A DNA stretch of 63,998 nucleotides, filler included, from Octopus bimaculoides (lineage: Eukaryota): NCBI RefSeq assembly GCF_001194135.2. It is 4 parts of 4 records of this genome, joined end to end, with 100 filler letters (N's around TTAATTAATTAA, not from the genome) between each part and the next. Parts side by side here need not be neighbours in the genome. Positions count along the whole stretch, not along the records: positions 28,711 to 48,898 come from NC_068988.1; positions 48,999 to 62,803 come from NC_069006.1; 2 more parts are not named here. The stretch is one strand, 5' to 3'. The notes below the pieces were generated by a model, which did not search any database, was not told the DNA's origin, and saw only the letters and a program-made list of their open reading frames with translations. Positions 47,688-60,158 of this stretch are shown here, in pieces. Made by a program: the position numbers and the translations under genes. The stretch's first letter is position 1; the number at the start of each line of letters is the position of its first letter.

Positions 47688-48317
47688 TAATATTATTCCT
47701 TCATAACACAGTGTAGGCGAAAAATCTGTCATTATTATTTTTTGCTTTTCATGAAGGTCGATTAATAAATATCAGTTACGCACCAGGGTCGATGTAATCG
47801 ATTTAATCCCTTTGTCTGTCCTTGTTTGTCCCCTCTATGTTTAGACCCCTGAGAGCAATAAAGAAATAAAAATACATAAATTAGTATTATCACTTTGAAT
47901 CATTCACTATTAAGCGTTTATGTCACATTTAATAAGTGTTGTTTTGCGTGCGAGGAGATATTCTGAATTTATAGTTTTATTTATTTATTTATGGGATTCA
48001 GCCAAGTGGTTGCGGTCATGCTGGTGCACCGCCGTGAGTTGGTGACGAATTCGAGAAAGTTTTTTTTTAAGTCTTACTACGCTCCTCTACACAGGAGTAT
48101 ATGGGTGAGTGGCTAGAGGTAATAAAACGTGACCAGCATTGTTCTTTAGCGAGGAAATATTACAGGCTGTTGTAGGCGTTCAAATTAAATCATTGGTTGC
48201 TTTAATATTTTATATTTGGATTAGAAATCATTGTCGGCTTCGCCACTGTAACGATTTCCGTCCATAATCTCATATACAATAATTTGTTTAGAAAATAGTT
48301 GGTGAGTACTAACACTG

Positions 48318-48720
48318 ATTTCATATTTTGGCACAAGGCCAGCAATTCTTTCGGGAGGGGCTAAGTCAATTATATTGACATCCGTGTTCAACTAGTACCT
48401 ATTTTATCGACCTCAAGAGGATGAACAGTAAAGTCGACCTCGGCGGAATTTGAGCTCAGACCGTAAAGACGCAGAAATGCCGTTAAGCATTTTGCCCGGT
48501 GTGCTAACGATTCTTTTCTACACTAGGCACAAGGCCCGGAATTTTGGGAGAGGAGGTCAGTCGATTAGATCGCCCCAGTACGCAACTGATACTTAATTTA
48601 TCGACCCCGAAAGGATGAAAAGCAAAGTCGACCTCAGCGGAATTTGAACTCAGAACATAAAGACAGACGAAATACCAATTTCTTTATTACCCACAGGGGG
48701 CTAAACATAGAATGGTACAA
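48318..48720 (-). mobile_element. Tandem SINE A multimer (two copies plus a third tail)
   Basis: Repeated aaagtcgacctc(g/a)gcggaatttga, with junctions at heads. Confidence 0.75.
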
Positions 48721-48898
48721 AACAACTGATTGGGATCAGTAATGCGAATTGTTTACATAAAATATGACTTTAAAAATTTTATAAAATATAAAAAATCGAA
48801 TGATATTAACAGTACGTTAGACAACACAAATGAAGCGATGATCAGGCCACGCTCCGACCCCACAAGCCCCGATCTATCGCTGGCACCTTTTTTTTTCC

Positions 48899-48998
48899 NN
48901 NNNNNNNNNNNNNNNNNNNNNNNNNNNNNNNNNNNNNNNNNNTTAATTAATTAANNNNNNNNNNNNNNNNNNNNNNNNNNNNNNNNNNNNNNNNNNNN
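48899..48998. other. Artificial assembly linker N44-TTAATTAATTAA-N44
   Basis: Identical 100-bp spacer. Confidence 0.9.
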
Positions 48999-49082
<84 letters not shown>

Positions 49083-49510
49083 GTATATATATATACATAC
49101 ATACATACATACATATATATATGTATATATGTATGTATAATGTATATATCACAGGTAGCAATTCGCTTTTGTAATAGAATCAGCCACTAAAATTTCCACT
49201 TTGATATTTGCCCATACAGGTTGTTCCAATTCTCGTATTGAAATTGCTATAACGATTTCTCTTATTGTTGTTCTTGCTGCTATCGTTGCTCTACTTAATG
49301 TCGTTGTTGTTGTTGTTTATGCCGTCGACGTCATGGTTGTTGAGGTTTTTGCTGGTGTTGTTGTTGGTGCTGTGGGTAATGGTGCTGGTGGTGGTGTCGT
49401 CATTCCATGCAATTTTCGTTGCTTTACATATTTATATATTTATATAATTTGTGCATTTTTCATTTGTTAGTTTTGCTTTGTAATTTTCTGCCTTATGCCT
49501 TTAACAACCC

Positions 49511-49547
<37 letters not shown>

Positions 49548-50838
49548 CTCGTCCTTTCTTTCTTTCTCCCTTTTTCTCTCACTCACTCTCTTTATTCATG
49601 CGTATATATATATATGTATATATATATATGTATATATGTATATATATGTATATGCTCATATATATACATATACGTATTTATACATGTGTGTGCATGTATA
49701 TATATATATATACATATGTATATACATATACATACATTCATATACACACTTATATCTATCTTGTGTGTGTGTGTGTGTGTGTATGTTACTATGTATGTGT
49801 GTACTGCTTCTGTTTTTCACTTTCCATCACTTTAATGGTAACTCTGATTGTCGAGTCTGCGACATTTTCTGATCTTATTCCAATATCATATTTAGTTGCT
49901 TTCCAAAAATACGCCCGAATTTCTGTTTGGAATCCACGTTTATAAATGATTGCTAATTATTTGTTTCAAAGATCTGCCGGACTTGTCACCAATCTTATTT
50001 TCATGCCGCAGAAACCAGCGTAGTTTTTACTTAATTTTATTTATTTTATTTTATATTATCTTTTAACGTTTGGATCTGTGCCAGAGAATTTGGGCACGGA
50101 TTTTCGCTGAAACAAAGATTTCAATATATATGTACGCTCATGTCTGGTTTTATGTTCTATTTTTCAAATTTCTCACCAATAGAAAAGAGCTTGTTTCTAA
50201 CCTAGAAACAAGGCTTTTTCATTCGAATTTACACATCAAACACAATAGTATTGTATGGAAATATGCATGTATGTATGTATGTATGTATACATATATATGT
50301 GTGTGTGTGTATATATGCACGTCAGATCAAACAGACTCGAAAAAGACACGTGTTACTGCGTCGGCAAGACATGTTCTGCAGTAAAATCGATATAAAGAAT
50401 AGTAAACATATTGTGGTGCGTAGAAAATCCAAACTTTCGGACAGAAACGGTCTTCAGAAAAATTTCGTGGAAGAGGATTTCGTGAGACGCCTAAGATTTT
50501 TACATCGTTTCAATGAAAATAAATGCACGTATTTATATAACCACACATGTATGCGTACACGTATGCAGGTGCACATGTAAATGCATTGTATATGTAGATT
50601 TTTATCACATGCAAAACTTCATGGCTGTTTTACGTGTTTTCGCTGTATCTGCGACAAATTGTCACTGTAAAATTCTGCCTAGGTAACTAGGCGCGTTCCT
50701 TCTGTTTTTGTGACACTCAGCGTCTCCACATTGGTCTTCGAAGTTTCAGCGAACTAAGCTATGATCGAACAGTCCGAAGATGGCTTAGGCTGCCGGCACT
50801 TCAAATCAGTCAAAATTATTCTTATATATATACATATA

Positions 50839-50892
<54 letters not shown>

Positions 50893-50958
50893 AAATATAT
50901 ATGTGTATATGTATGTATATATATGTATATGTATCTATGTAGAAATATATATCTTTAA

Positions 50959-50990
<32 letters not shown>

Positions 50991-52274
50991 CTACACATGT
51001 ATAAGTACGTATTCATGTACTACCGTAAGAAAAAGTCCTAACGGGCGGCTTTTACGCTAGCCCAACAATGACACTTCATGCATTGAGTACATATTAAATT
51101 TTATTAAACCAATATTTTTCAAGCCATGAACAATTTTCATCAAAACAATGATATAATTTGTCGACTTGGAACTTATGGCAACGTTGCATTATAAAGAACA
51201 ATACCACCACCATCGCCACCACATCCGCCATACACACACCATTCAGACTACGGACGCCACCACTATCCATACCTTTAACTTCGCCGCCTTCCCTTCCACC
51301 ACCGTCACCACTGTCTTTCACATCGCTTACTATCGCCATCCTCCCTGACCGCCTCGGCTACAACCACCACCAACACCACCACCACCACCACCACCATCAT
51401 CACAGAAATTAGTTTTCGCATTTACTATATTAGATGTATGTATGTATGTATTTATGTATATAGGAATCTATGTATTTAGGTAAATATATGTTGAGTAACC
51501 CTACGTCGTAATCTACTTGCCGGAACCAAGATGTATATGATCTGAAAGTCTGAAACCATCTTTTGTCCACACTTCGTAACTATTACAACAATTTTCAATG
51601 TTACTTACAGAGCCGACTTAAACGTTTATCTGTACAGAATGCAACGCATAACAAGCCAAGTCTTCACGTTTTATCTCCTCAACAAAACCCGTGATAGAAT
51701 GTCTAATCAACTCAATGAATCTTCGGTTACCTCATTCATTTTGCTAACAATAAATTCTGGAGGAATCCTACAATTTTAATCGTATTTTATATTCTCAAGT
51801 TCGTAATTACATTTACGTTTATAAACATCTCAGCATACTTTTGTTCTACGTTATAAATAATACTGTGTATCTTCTTACAATGTTATCCATTCTGCAGTGT
51901 AGTTACTATAAAATGAATTGAACTGAATTAATCCTCATACAATTAATTAATTCTTTTCATCAGAATAAATTTTTAAAAGCAACATTTACGTTTTAATCTC
52001 ATTTGAGCTGTCCGCTTTCTTTTGCAAATTACTTCTATACAAATACACACACACACACATTTGACCATAATTATATTGATAGCTTTATATATATGTATAT
52101 GTGTGTGTGTGTGTATGTATCTGATGTATGTATATATGTAGTATGCATTTCATTTTCATTTTATCTAGTTTCAGCTTATGAGCTGCGGCCATGCTGGGGC
52201 ACATGTTTTTATATGTGTATGAATATATATCTATGCATATATATATATACATATATATATATATGTGTTCTTAT

Positions 52275-52480
52275 ATTCTTTTAACTGTTTCAGTCACTTG
52301 AATTTGACCATGCTGGAGTACTGCCTTCAGTCGAACAAATCGACCCCAGAACTTATTATTTCTAAGCCTAGTACTTATTCTATCAGTGTCTTTTTTCTGA
52401 ACCGCTAGGTTACGGAGAAGTTAACACACCAACATCGGTTGTCAAGCGACGGTGGTGGGACAAACACACACACACACACA
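52275..52480 (-). mobile_element. SINE B 3' half
   Basis: cagtcacttgaatttgaccatgctggag..catcggttgtcaagcgacggtgg. Confidence 0.75.
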
Positions 52481-52538
52481 CATATGTATGTCTATATTTA
52501 TATGTATGAATATATATATTTTTGTATATATATATATA

Positions 52539-52573
<35 letters not shown>

Positions 52574-52583
52574 NNNNNNNNNN

Positions 52584-52624
<41 letters not shown>

Positions 52625-53179
52625 TTATGCATATATATATTCTCCTTGTCAATTTTATTTACAATGATGTGGTCGATCCGTGGCTACAGTATAATACACT
52701 TGCCCAAGGTTCCACGCAGTGAGACTGAACCCGAAATTGCGATTTCGTAAAGCAAGTTCCTTCATCGCATGCGGGCGCCATTGTTATACATTTTCTTTGG
52801 TAATATCTTATTCAGCAATACAAATTCTACAGCGTTTCACTCGGTGAATTAATCGCTAATTAGTTCGTTCTTTAAATATAAATGATTTGAAAAGAAGCTT
52901 TATGTTGTAATCTTATTTGTTACTCTTCAGTGTTTTAAAGTTAGCTGAACTCTTTTATACATTCGAGCATAGGTATGTCCATTATAACATGTAACATAGT
53001 TTTTACGATACCCAAAATAAATTGAGATAGTGGTATCTCCTAGTCGTTTAAACACATATGTATCTCACATCACGATTCCCTTTTATTAGCTCTTAGGGCA
53101 TTTCAAGCCAAATTTCCATACAGCGAAGCTGTCCAATTCTTTCAATTATTTTATTTAAATTATAGCGGTTAAGGGGAAG

Positions 53180-54613
53180 ATAAATTAATGTGCCGGGCAA
53201 AATACTTAGCGCTATTTCTTCGGAAGCTTTACGTTCTGACTTCATCAAATTCGACGGACATTGATTGTACCATTCATCTTTTCGGGGTTGATAAAATAAG
53301 AACCAGTTAAACATTGGGTTCGATGTAATCGGCTACCCCAGTTCTAAAATTAGAAAGAACTTTTAAATCATGGATTTATAACACTTAATATGCTAAGCAA
53401 ATGCATTTGATAAATATTGAGGTCGTGGCGACGAACTGGCAGAAACGTTAGCACGCCGGGCGAAATGCTTAGCAGTATTTGGTCTGCCGCTACGTTCTGA
53501 GTTCAAATTCCGCCGAGGTTGGCTTTGCCTTTCATCCTTGCGGGGTCGATAAATTAAGTACCAGTTGCATACTGGGTCGATCTAATTGACTGGCCCCGTT
53601 CCCAAGCCTTTCAGGCTTTGTGCCTAGAGTAGAAAAAAATATTGAGGGCGTAATTTTAAAGTTTTTAAGCATGTTTTTTGTCTGTTTGTCTTCTCGATAT
53701 TTACCTGATTTCATATGATTGAGTTATCTTCGCATTTTTAAATAATTGTAAATAACGTTCTAAAGACGTTTATTGTTCTTGAGAATGGGAATCAGTGTCA
53801 TGATACACAACATCATCATCATCATCATCAATATTATAGCAGAGTCGTTAGCACGCCGGGCGAAATGCCTAGCGGTATTTCGCTTGCTGCTATGTTCTGA
53901 GTTCAAATTCTACTGAGGTCAACTTTGTCTTTCATCCATTCGGGGTCGATAAATTAAGTACCAGTGAAACCCTTGGGTCGGTATAATCGACTAGTCACCT
54001 CCCCAAAAATCTGAGACCTTATACCTCCAGCTGAAAGTATTATTATCATTATTATTATTATCAGGTTTTGTTAGAGCTCCTAGAGTCTTCCATGCGTAGC
54101 GGGCATAATACCTACAACCTACGGTAACATACTGTCCATTCCTTTCAGCTATCTAATACTTTCCTCATTATTCTGGCCGCGCCAAGGAGCCAAAAATTTT
54201 GTAATAGTTCTACTGGGCACTCTATTCAAGTAAAAGAGTATTATTCTTACTAAGATTACAATAAATAAGAATAAGATCACTACTAAAATGAATCTCATAT
54301 CTATAGGCTGAAAATTCATATTTTTATTACTGTAGTTAGTTCTGTCGTTTCTTGCTGAACAACTACACAAATAGTCTGTTTCTTATATCTTTATTGCCGA
54401 GAAGGGGCTAAACATAGAGGGGACAAACAAGGACAGACAAACGGATTAAGTCGATTATATCGACCCCAGTGCGTAACTGGTACTTATTTAATCGACCCCG
54501 AAAGGATAAAAGGCAAAGTCGACCTCGGCGGAATTTGAACTAAGAACGTAGCGGCAGACGAAATCCGCGTAGCATTTCGCCCGGTGTGCTAACGTTTCTG
54601 CCAGCTCACCGCC
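53180..54613. mobile_element. SINE A cluster: 53180-53355(+), 53428-53640(+), 53838-54045(+), 54392-54613(-)
   Basis: Family A core in each copy. Confidence 0.75.
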
Positions 54614-54806
54614 GTTTGTTTCTAGTGATCAAATGCGTGTGCCGTGTATCAACTCACTCTCTCCATCGAATCGACGCTACTTCAAAAGATGCAAGGTGTA
54701 CCAGCCGTTAGGTGTGGTAGTGTTAGACTCAAGCACACACCACACAACGCGGCCCAGGAACAGAAACTAAGACCTCGTCATCCTCAGTACAACAGATTTA
54801 GAAATA

Positions 54807-55100
54807 GGTACATGGCCTAGTGGTTAGAGCAGCGGACTGACGGTCGAGAGATCACGCGTTCGAATCTCAGACCGGGTGATGTGTGTGTTTATGAGCCAAA
54901 CACCTAAGCTCCACGTTGCTCCGGCAGAACGTAATGGCAAACCCCTGCTGACTCTTTCACCACAACTTGCTCTTAACTTTTCCTCCTGCACCTAGCAGCT
55001 CACCTGGGACAGACCGGCGTCCTATCCAGGTGGGGAACGTACAGGCCAAGGAAACAGGCCCTTATTATCCAGGCATGGCTCGAGAAGGTACAAACAACGA
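54807..55100 (+). mobile_element. SINE D with a tail shared with family C
   Basis: A box tggcctagtgg, B box gttcgaatc (54858-54866). Tail gacagaccggcgtcctatccaggtgggga matches the reverse of 34255-34295. Confidence 0.7.
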
Positions 55101-55755
55101 CATACCCTTCCACATCGGTGGCGATAGGAATAGTGGTGGCAATAAAGGGGGGGGGTAGTTTTGGAGGCGGGGTAGTGTTCGTGGTGCTTGTGGTGCTTGT
55201 GTTAACAGCAGTGGCAGTGAGGCTATGCTGCTGAGATTGATGACGATGATGATGGCGATGATGGTGATGATGACGATGACGTGTATGATGATGATGATGA
55301 TGATGATGATGGTGATAGAGAAGAAGGAAGAGGAGGAGAGGGGAATAAGAGGGAAAAGGACAACAACAGCCACAACAAGAAAACCAGCAAGGAGAAAAAG
55401 AAGAAGAAGAACAACAACAACAACAAGAGGAACAAGAAGAAGAACTTCCATAATAACATTTCTTTTCCGGTTATTTATCATTTTATTACTCGGTGCAAGT
55501 TGTGTTCGTTTAATTATTTCCTTATTTTATTGTTTATTGTTGTTTATTGCTTCGATAGTTTGAATTTCAGCATTTAGTCGTTTAGATATATTTTTATTTA
55601 ATTTTTGTTGATAGATGTTTGTTATATTTATTTTTATGTATTTATTACGTTTCGTTTACGTTCACAATTTTCAAGTTTTCCATTTCTAGATGTCTTTAAC
55701 TGCATCCTGCAGAAAGGTAAATTTAGAAGAATACAGTTGTGCGCTCGCACACACA

Positions 55756-55819
<64 letters not shown>

Positions 55820-56062
55820 TGCACACACATATATATTTATATATATATTTATATATATACATATAGATATATATGTATATATGCATACATAACTCGAGTG
55901 ATATATGTATTAATATACATATAAATGCATATGTGTGTATATACATATATACACTCATACAAACGTATAAACAAGCACATAGGTATATATATAATATATA
56001 TACATATATATATGTACAAATATATATATATGTATATATATGTACGTATATAATATAATGTG

Positions 56063-56113
<51 letters not shown>

Positions 56114-56892
56114 NNNNNNNNNNNNNNNNNNNNNNNNNNNNNNNNNNNNNNNNNNNNNNNNNNNNNNNNNNNNNNNNNNNNNNNNNNNNNNNNNNNNNNN
56201 NNNNNNNNNNNNNNNNNNNNNNNNNNNNNNNNNNNNNNNNNNNNNNNNNNNNNNNNNNNNNNNNNNNNNNNNNNNNNNNNNNNNNNNNNNNNNNNNNNNN
56301 NNNNNNNNNNNNNNNNNNNNNNNNNNNNNNNNNNNNNNNNNNNNNNNNNNNNNNNNNNNNNNNNNNNNNNNNNNNNNNNNNNNNNNNNNNNNNNNNNNNN
56401 NNNNNNNNNNNNNNNNNNNNNNNNNNNNNNNNNNNNNNNNNNNNNNNNNNNNNNNNNNNNNNNNNNNNNNNNNNNNNNNNNNNNNNNNNNNNNNNNNNNN
56501 NNNNNNNNNNNNNNNNNNNNNNNNNNNNNNNNNNNNNNNNNNNNNNNNNNNNNNNNNNNNNNNNNNNNNNNNNNNNNNNNNNNNNNNNNNNNNNNNNNNN
56601 NNNNNNNNNNNNNNNNNNNNNNNNNNNNNNNNNNNNNNNNNNNNNNNNNNNNNNNNNNNNNNNNNNNNNNNNNNNNNNNNNNNNNNNNNNNNNNNNNNNN
56701 NNNNNNNNNNNNNNNNNNNNNNNNNNNNNNNNNNNNNNNNNNNNNNNNNNNNNNNNNNNNNNNNNNNNNNNNNNNNNNNNNNNNNNNNNNNNNNNNNNNN
56801 NNNNNNNNNNNNNNNNNNNNNNNNNNNNNNNNNNNNNNNNNNNNNNNNNNNNNATATATACACATATATGTATATATAAATATATATCTATT

Positions 56893-56931
<39 letters not shown>

Positions 56932-57443
56932 GTTATATGAGTGCACAACTTTAGTGAATGTTCGTTCACACTACAAATTTTAGGATGTTTTAAGTGCATA
57001 CGTTCTGGTGGGTGGGTGCATGTTTGTGTATATATGCACGCATGTGTATATATGTGAGTGCGTGTATTAATATATTATGCGCTTGTGTTTATTCAAAGTA
57101 TTCTATATTGAGACATAGGTGATGGCAAAAACGTTGGTTTCGATCCTATTTATAAAGAATTTTAGCAATAATATGGTGTCTTAAAGTGATAGAAGAGAAT
57201 ATGACAGGGTCTGGAAGCAGGTAAGGAAAATATGGCGCCCTGCGAGTGCGAGGTGTGGCTGGAGTGAAGGTTGGGGTAGGGATGGTGTTATTTAAAAAAG
57301 AAATACATATCTCTCACATTTGATAACACCTGATACTAGGCTTTCATTTTTTTTTTTCTTCAAATAAGGGAAGCTGTCATGTTTGCATCAAACATGTGCG
57401 AGTATTCCGTGCAATTCTGTATGTATATGTGTAGAAGATAATG

Positions 57444-57483
<40 letters not shown>

Positions 57484-57570
57484 GTGCGTGCGTGTATACA
57501 CTGACATATATATATATTTGTGTGGGAGTATTCATGAACACATACATATGTATATGTATTTACATATATA

Positions 57571-57605
<35 letters not shown>

Positions 57606-57705
57606 NNNNNNNNNNNNNNNNNNNNNNNNNNNNNNNNNNNNNNNNNNNNNNNNNNNNNNNNNNNNNNNNNNNNNNNNNNNNNNNNNNNNNNNNNNNNNNN
57701 NNNNN

Positions 57706-57751
<46 letters not shown>

Positions 57752-58220
57752 AAAGTGGGAGAGAGATGGAAGGTGGATAAGCATGAGCAATAGTAGGAGG
57801 GAGAGCGAGAAAGGGAGGAGAGAGAGAAAAGAAAGAGAGACAAATAGAGTAAAGTAGGGATTAAATGAAAAAGTGAGAGACAAAAATTGAAAGGGAAAAC
57901 AATGCTCAAAAGAGAGAGGGGTGAGAGAGGAAGAGAGAGTCAAGAGAGAAGAGATAGAGAGAGAGATGAAATGGGAAGAGGGTTATATGCAGAGATAATG
58001 AGGGAGTATATGATTAAGTAAAATGAGATTGAGTCAATTAAATGAGAACAAGGAAACCCTAGATTTTAAACAAAGGCCAGCAAGGTACATGAAAATCGTC
58101 GACATTTCGAGAAATGCTCTAAAATCGGGGCATGTCTCCAATCTGATGTAGTGTTACATTGCACGCACTCGCTCACACTGTTGCAGATGAATGCATTGGT
58201 GCACTTCGACGACATCCACA

Positions 58221-58301
58221 TTATCTATCTATTTATCTATCTATCTATCTACCTACCCACCTATCTATCTTTTCTATCTGTCTATCTATCTATCTTTTTT
58301 C

Positions 58302-58334
<33 letters not shown>

Positions 58335-58482
58335 TCTATCTATCTATCTATCTTTTCTATCTATCTATCTATCTTTTCTATCTATCTATCTATCTTTTCT
58401 ATCTATCTATCTATCTTTTCTATCTATTTATCTATCTTTTCTATCTATCTATCTATCTTTTCTATCTATCTATCTATCTATC
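58221..58482. repeat. (CTAT)n tract with a 17-bp higher-order unit CTATCTATCTATCTTTT
   Basis: Direct reading. Confidence 0.85.
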
Positions 58483-59921
58483 TTAAATTTAAAATTATTA
58501 ATTACATAATTCCTCCCCCTCCCCCAAAGGTAAAGCATATTAATAAAGCTCTGATGGATGGAATCTTCTGGCGTGCTAACGGATGCACACTTTGTAGTTT
58601 CTCTGGTTTGTATTTTAATCAGCATTTTTTCTAGAATTTTTAATAAAATTAACCAGCTTTTAATTCAAGGAACTCGGTTTTAACATATGTATGTAAGTAT
58701 ATATATGCAGATTTCTAAATCCACTCACATGATATTGGACGGTCTGGTGCTAGACTAGAGGACAATTGTTCAAGATGCCATTCAATGAGAATCAAATACA
58801 AACAGGAAACGCTTAACCACACAGCCACGCATGCGATATATGTGTGCGTGTGTGCGCATATATATAGATATAGATAGATAAATACATATATATATATATA
58901 TATATATACATTCATATATATATGTATATATTTGTGAATATGTATCTATCTATCAATCTATATAATAATAATAATATAAATAATATATAAATATATGCAT
59001 ATATACATACATATATGTACATACCTACATATATATATATATATATACATTCATATATATATGTATATATACGTGCATATATGGGTACAGGACATCAAAA
59101 AATGTAGACTAAATGAGAAACGAGAACTTAAAAAAAACAAAAGCATAGAAAACGAATTTTTTTTTCGAACAACGAAAGAAACAAACAGAGAAACGAGACA
59201 TGCAACATAAAAAACATTCCCTTCCTCAGTTGTCCCCTGTTTAATCCACTCTGAGATAGACAAACAGACAGACAGAATGATAGATAGATAGATGGATGGA
59301 TGTCAATGTTTGAGTTTTGCCTTGTGTATATATATTTAAATGTGTGTGTGTGTGTGTGTCTGCTGAAGGGAAGTGCGTGTGTATGCGTGTGTGTGCGTGT
59401 GCGTGTGTGTATACATTCAGCGTAAATGCTCTGTTATAGTTATCCCGTGCATGTACATCCTTATATTCAGTGTCATACACCCTATATGGCTCAACCGTCA
59501 GTGGCACTTATCTAGGCTCACCGAGAATATATATGCAATATAAACATAAGCGAGTGAATATGCGTGTGAGAAATAAGAACAATTCAGGATCATGAACAAC
59601 CGTATATACACACACATATTTATCTCTCGATTTAACTATCTAGCGATCCGTCAAGCTATCGATTATTTTCTCTGCCTATATTTTTTTTCTGCTTACTAAA
59701 AGAAATACGCTTCTGTGTGCGGATGCGTTCCCATACATAGTTACATAACTGGAAACAGAGAGACATAGACATACACCTCTCTCTCTCTACCAATCCATCC
59801 AGCCATTCATCTCTCTGTCTCTCACTCTCTTCCTTACTGTGTCTGTCACTCTCTATCTACCTCTCTCTCTCTCTGTCACTCTTCCTCTCTCTATCAACCT
59901 CTCTCTGTACATATGGATACG

Positions 59922-60114
59922 TACGAAAAGGTGCTGGAAAGTTCCTTGCTTTGAAGGTGTCGCGAAAGGCCTGGTCGGAGGCCCAGATTTGGAATTCTTT
60001 TACAGAACTTAGAAAAGCTGAAGGACCGCTGCAAAAATGTGTGAATCTGAGAAGAGAATAAAATTGAATAAAATCATAATTACCCAAACCCAGGAACTTA
60101 TCAGCACTCCCTCA

Positions 60115-60118
<4 letters not shown>
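59922..60118 (+). mobile_element. Mariner-derived MITE (~200 bp)
   Basis: Imperfect TIRs tacgaaaaggtgctggaaagttcc / ggaacttatcagcactccctcatgta; internal match to 63042-63262. Confidence 0.65.

Positions 60119-60158
<40 letters not shown>

Noticed and set aside
54149-54370. 73-aa ORF with a hydrophobic stretch between SINEs
   Set aside because: AT-rich, no recognisable family and no splice context; cannot be supported as a gene or NUMT.
54807-54880. tRNA gene (A box tggcctagtgg, B box gttcgaatc)
   Set aside because: No convincing acceptor stem or terminator, and it continues into a body shared with 20310-20510, so it is a SINE head.
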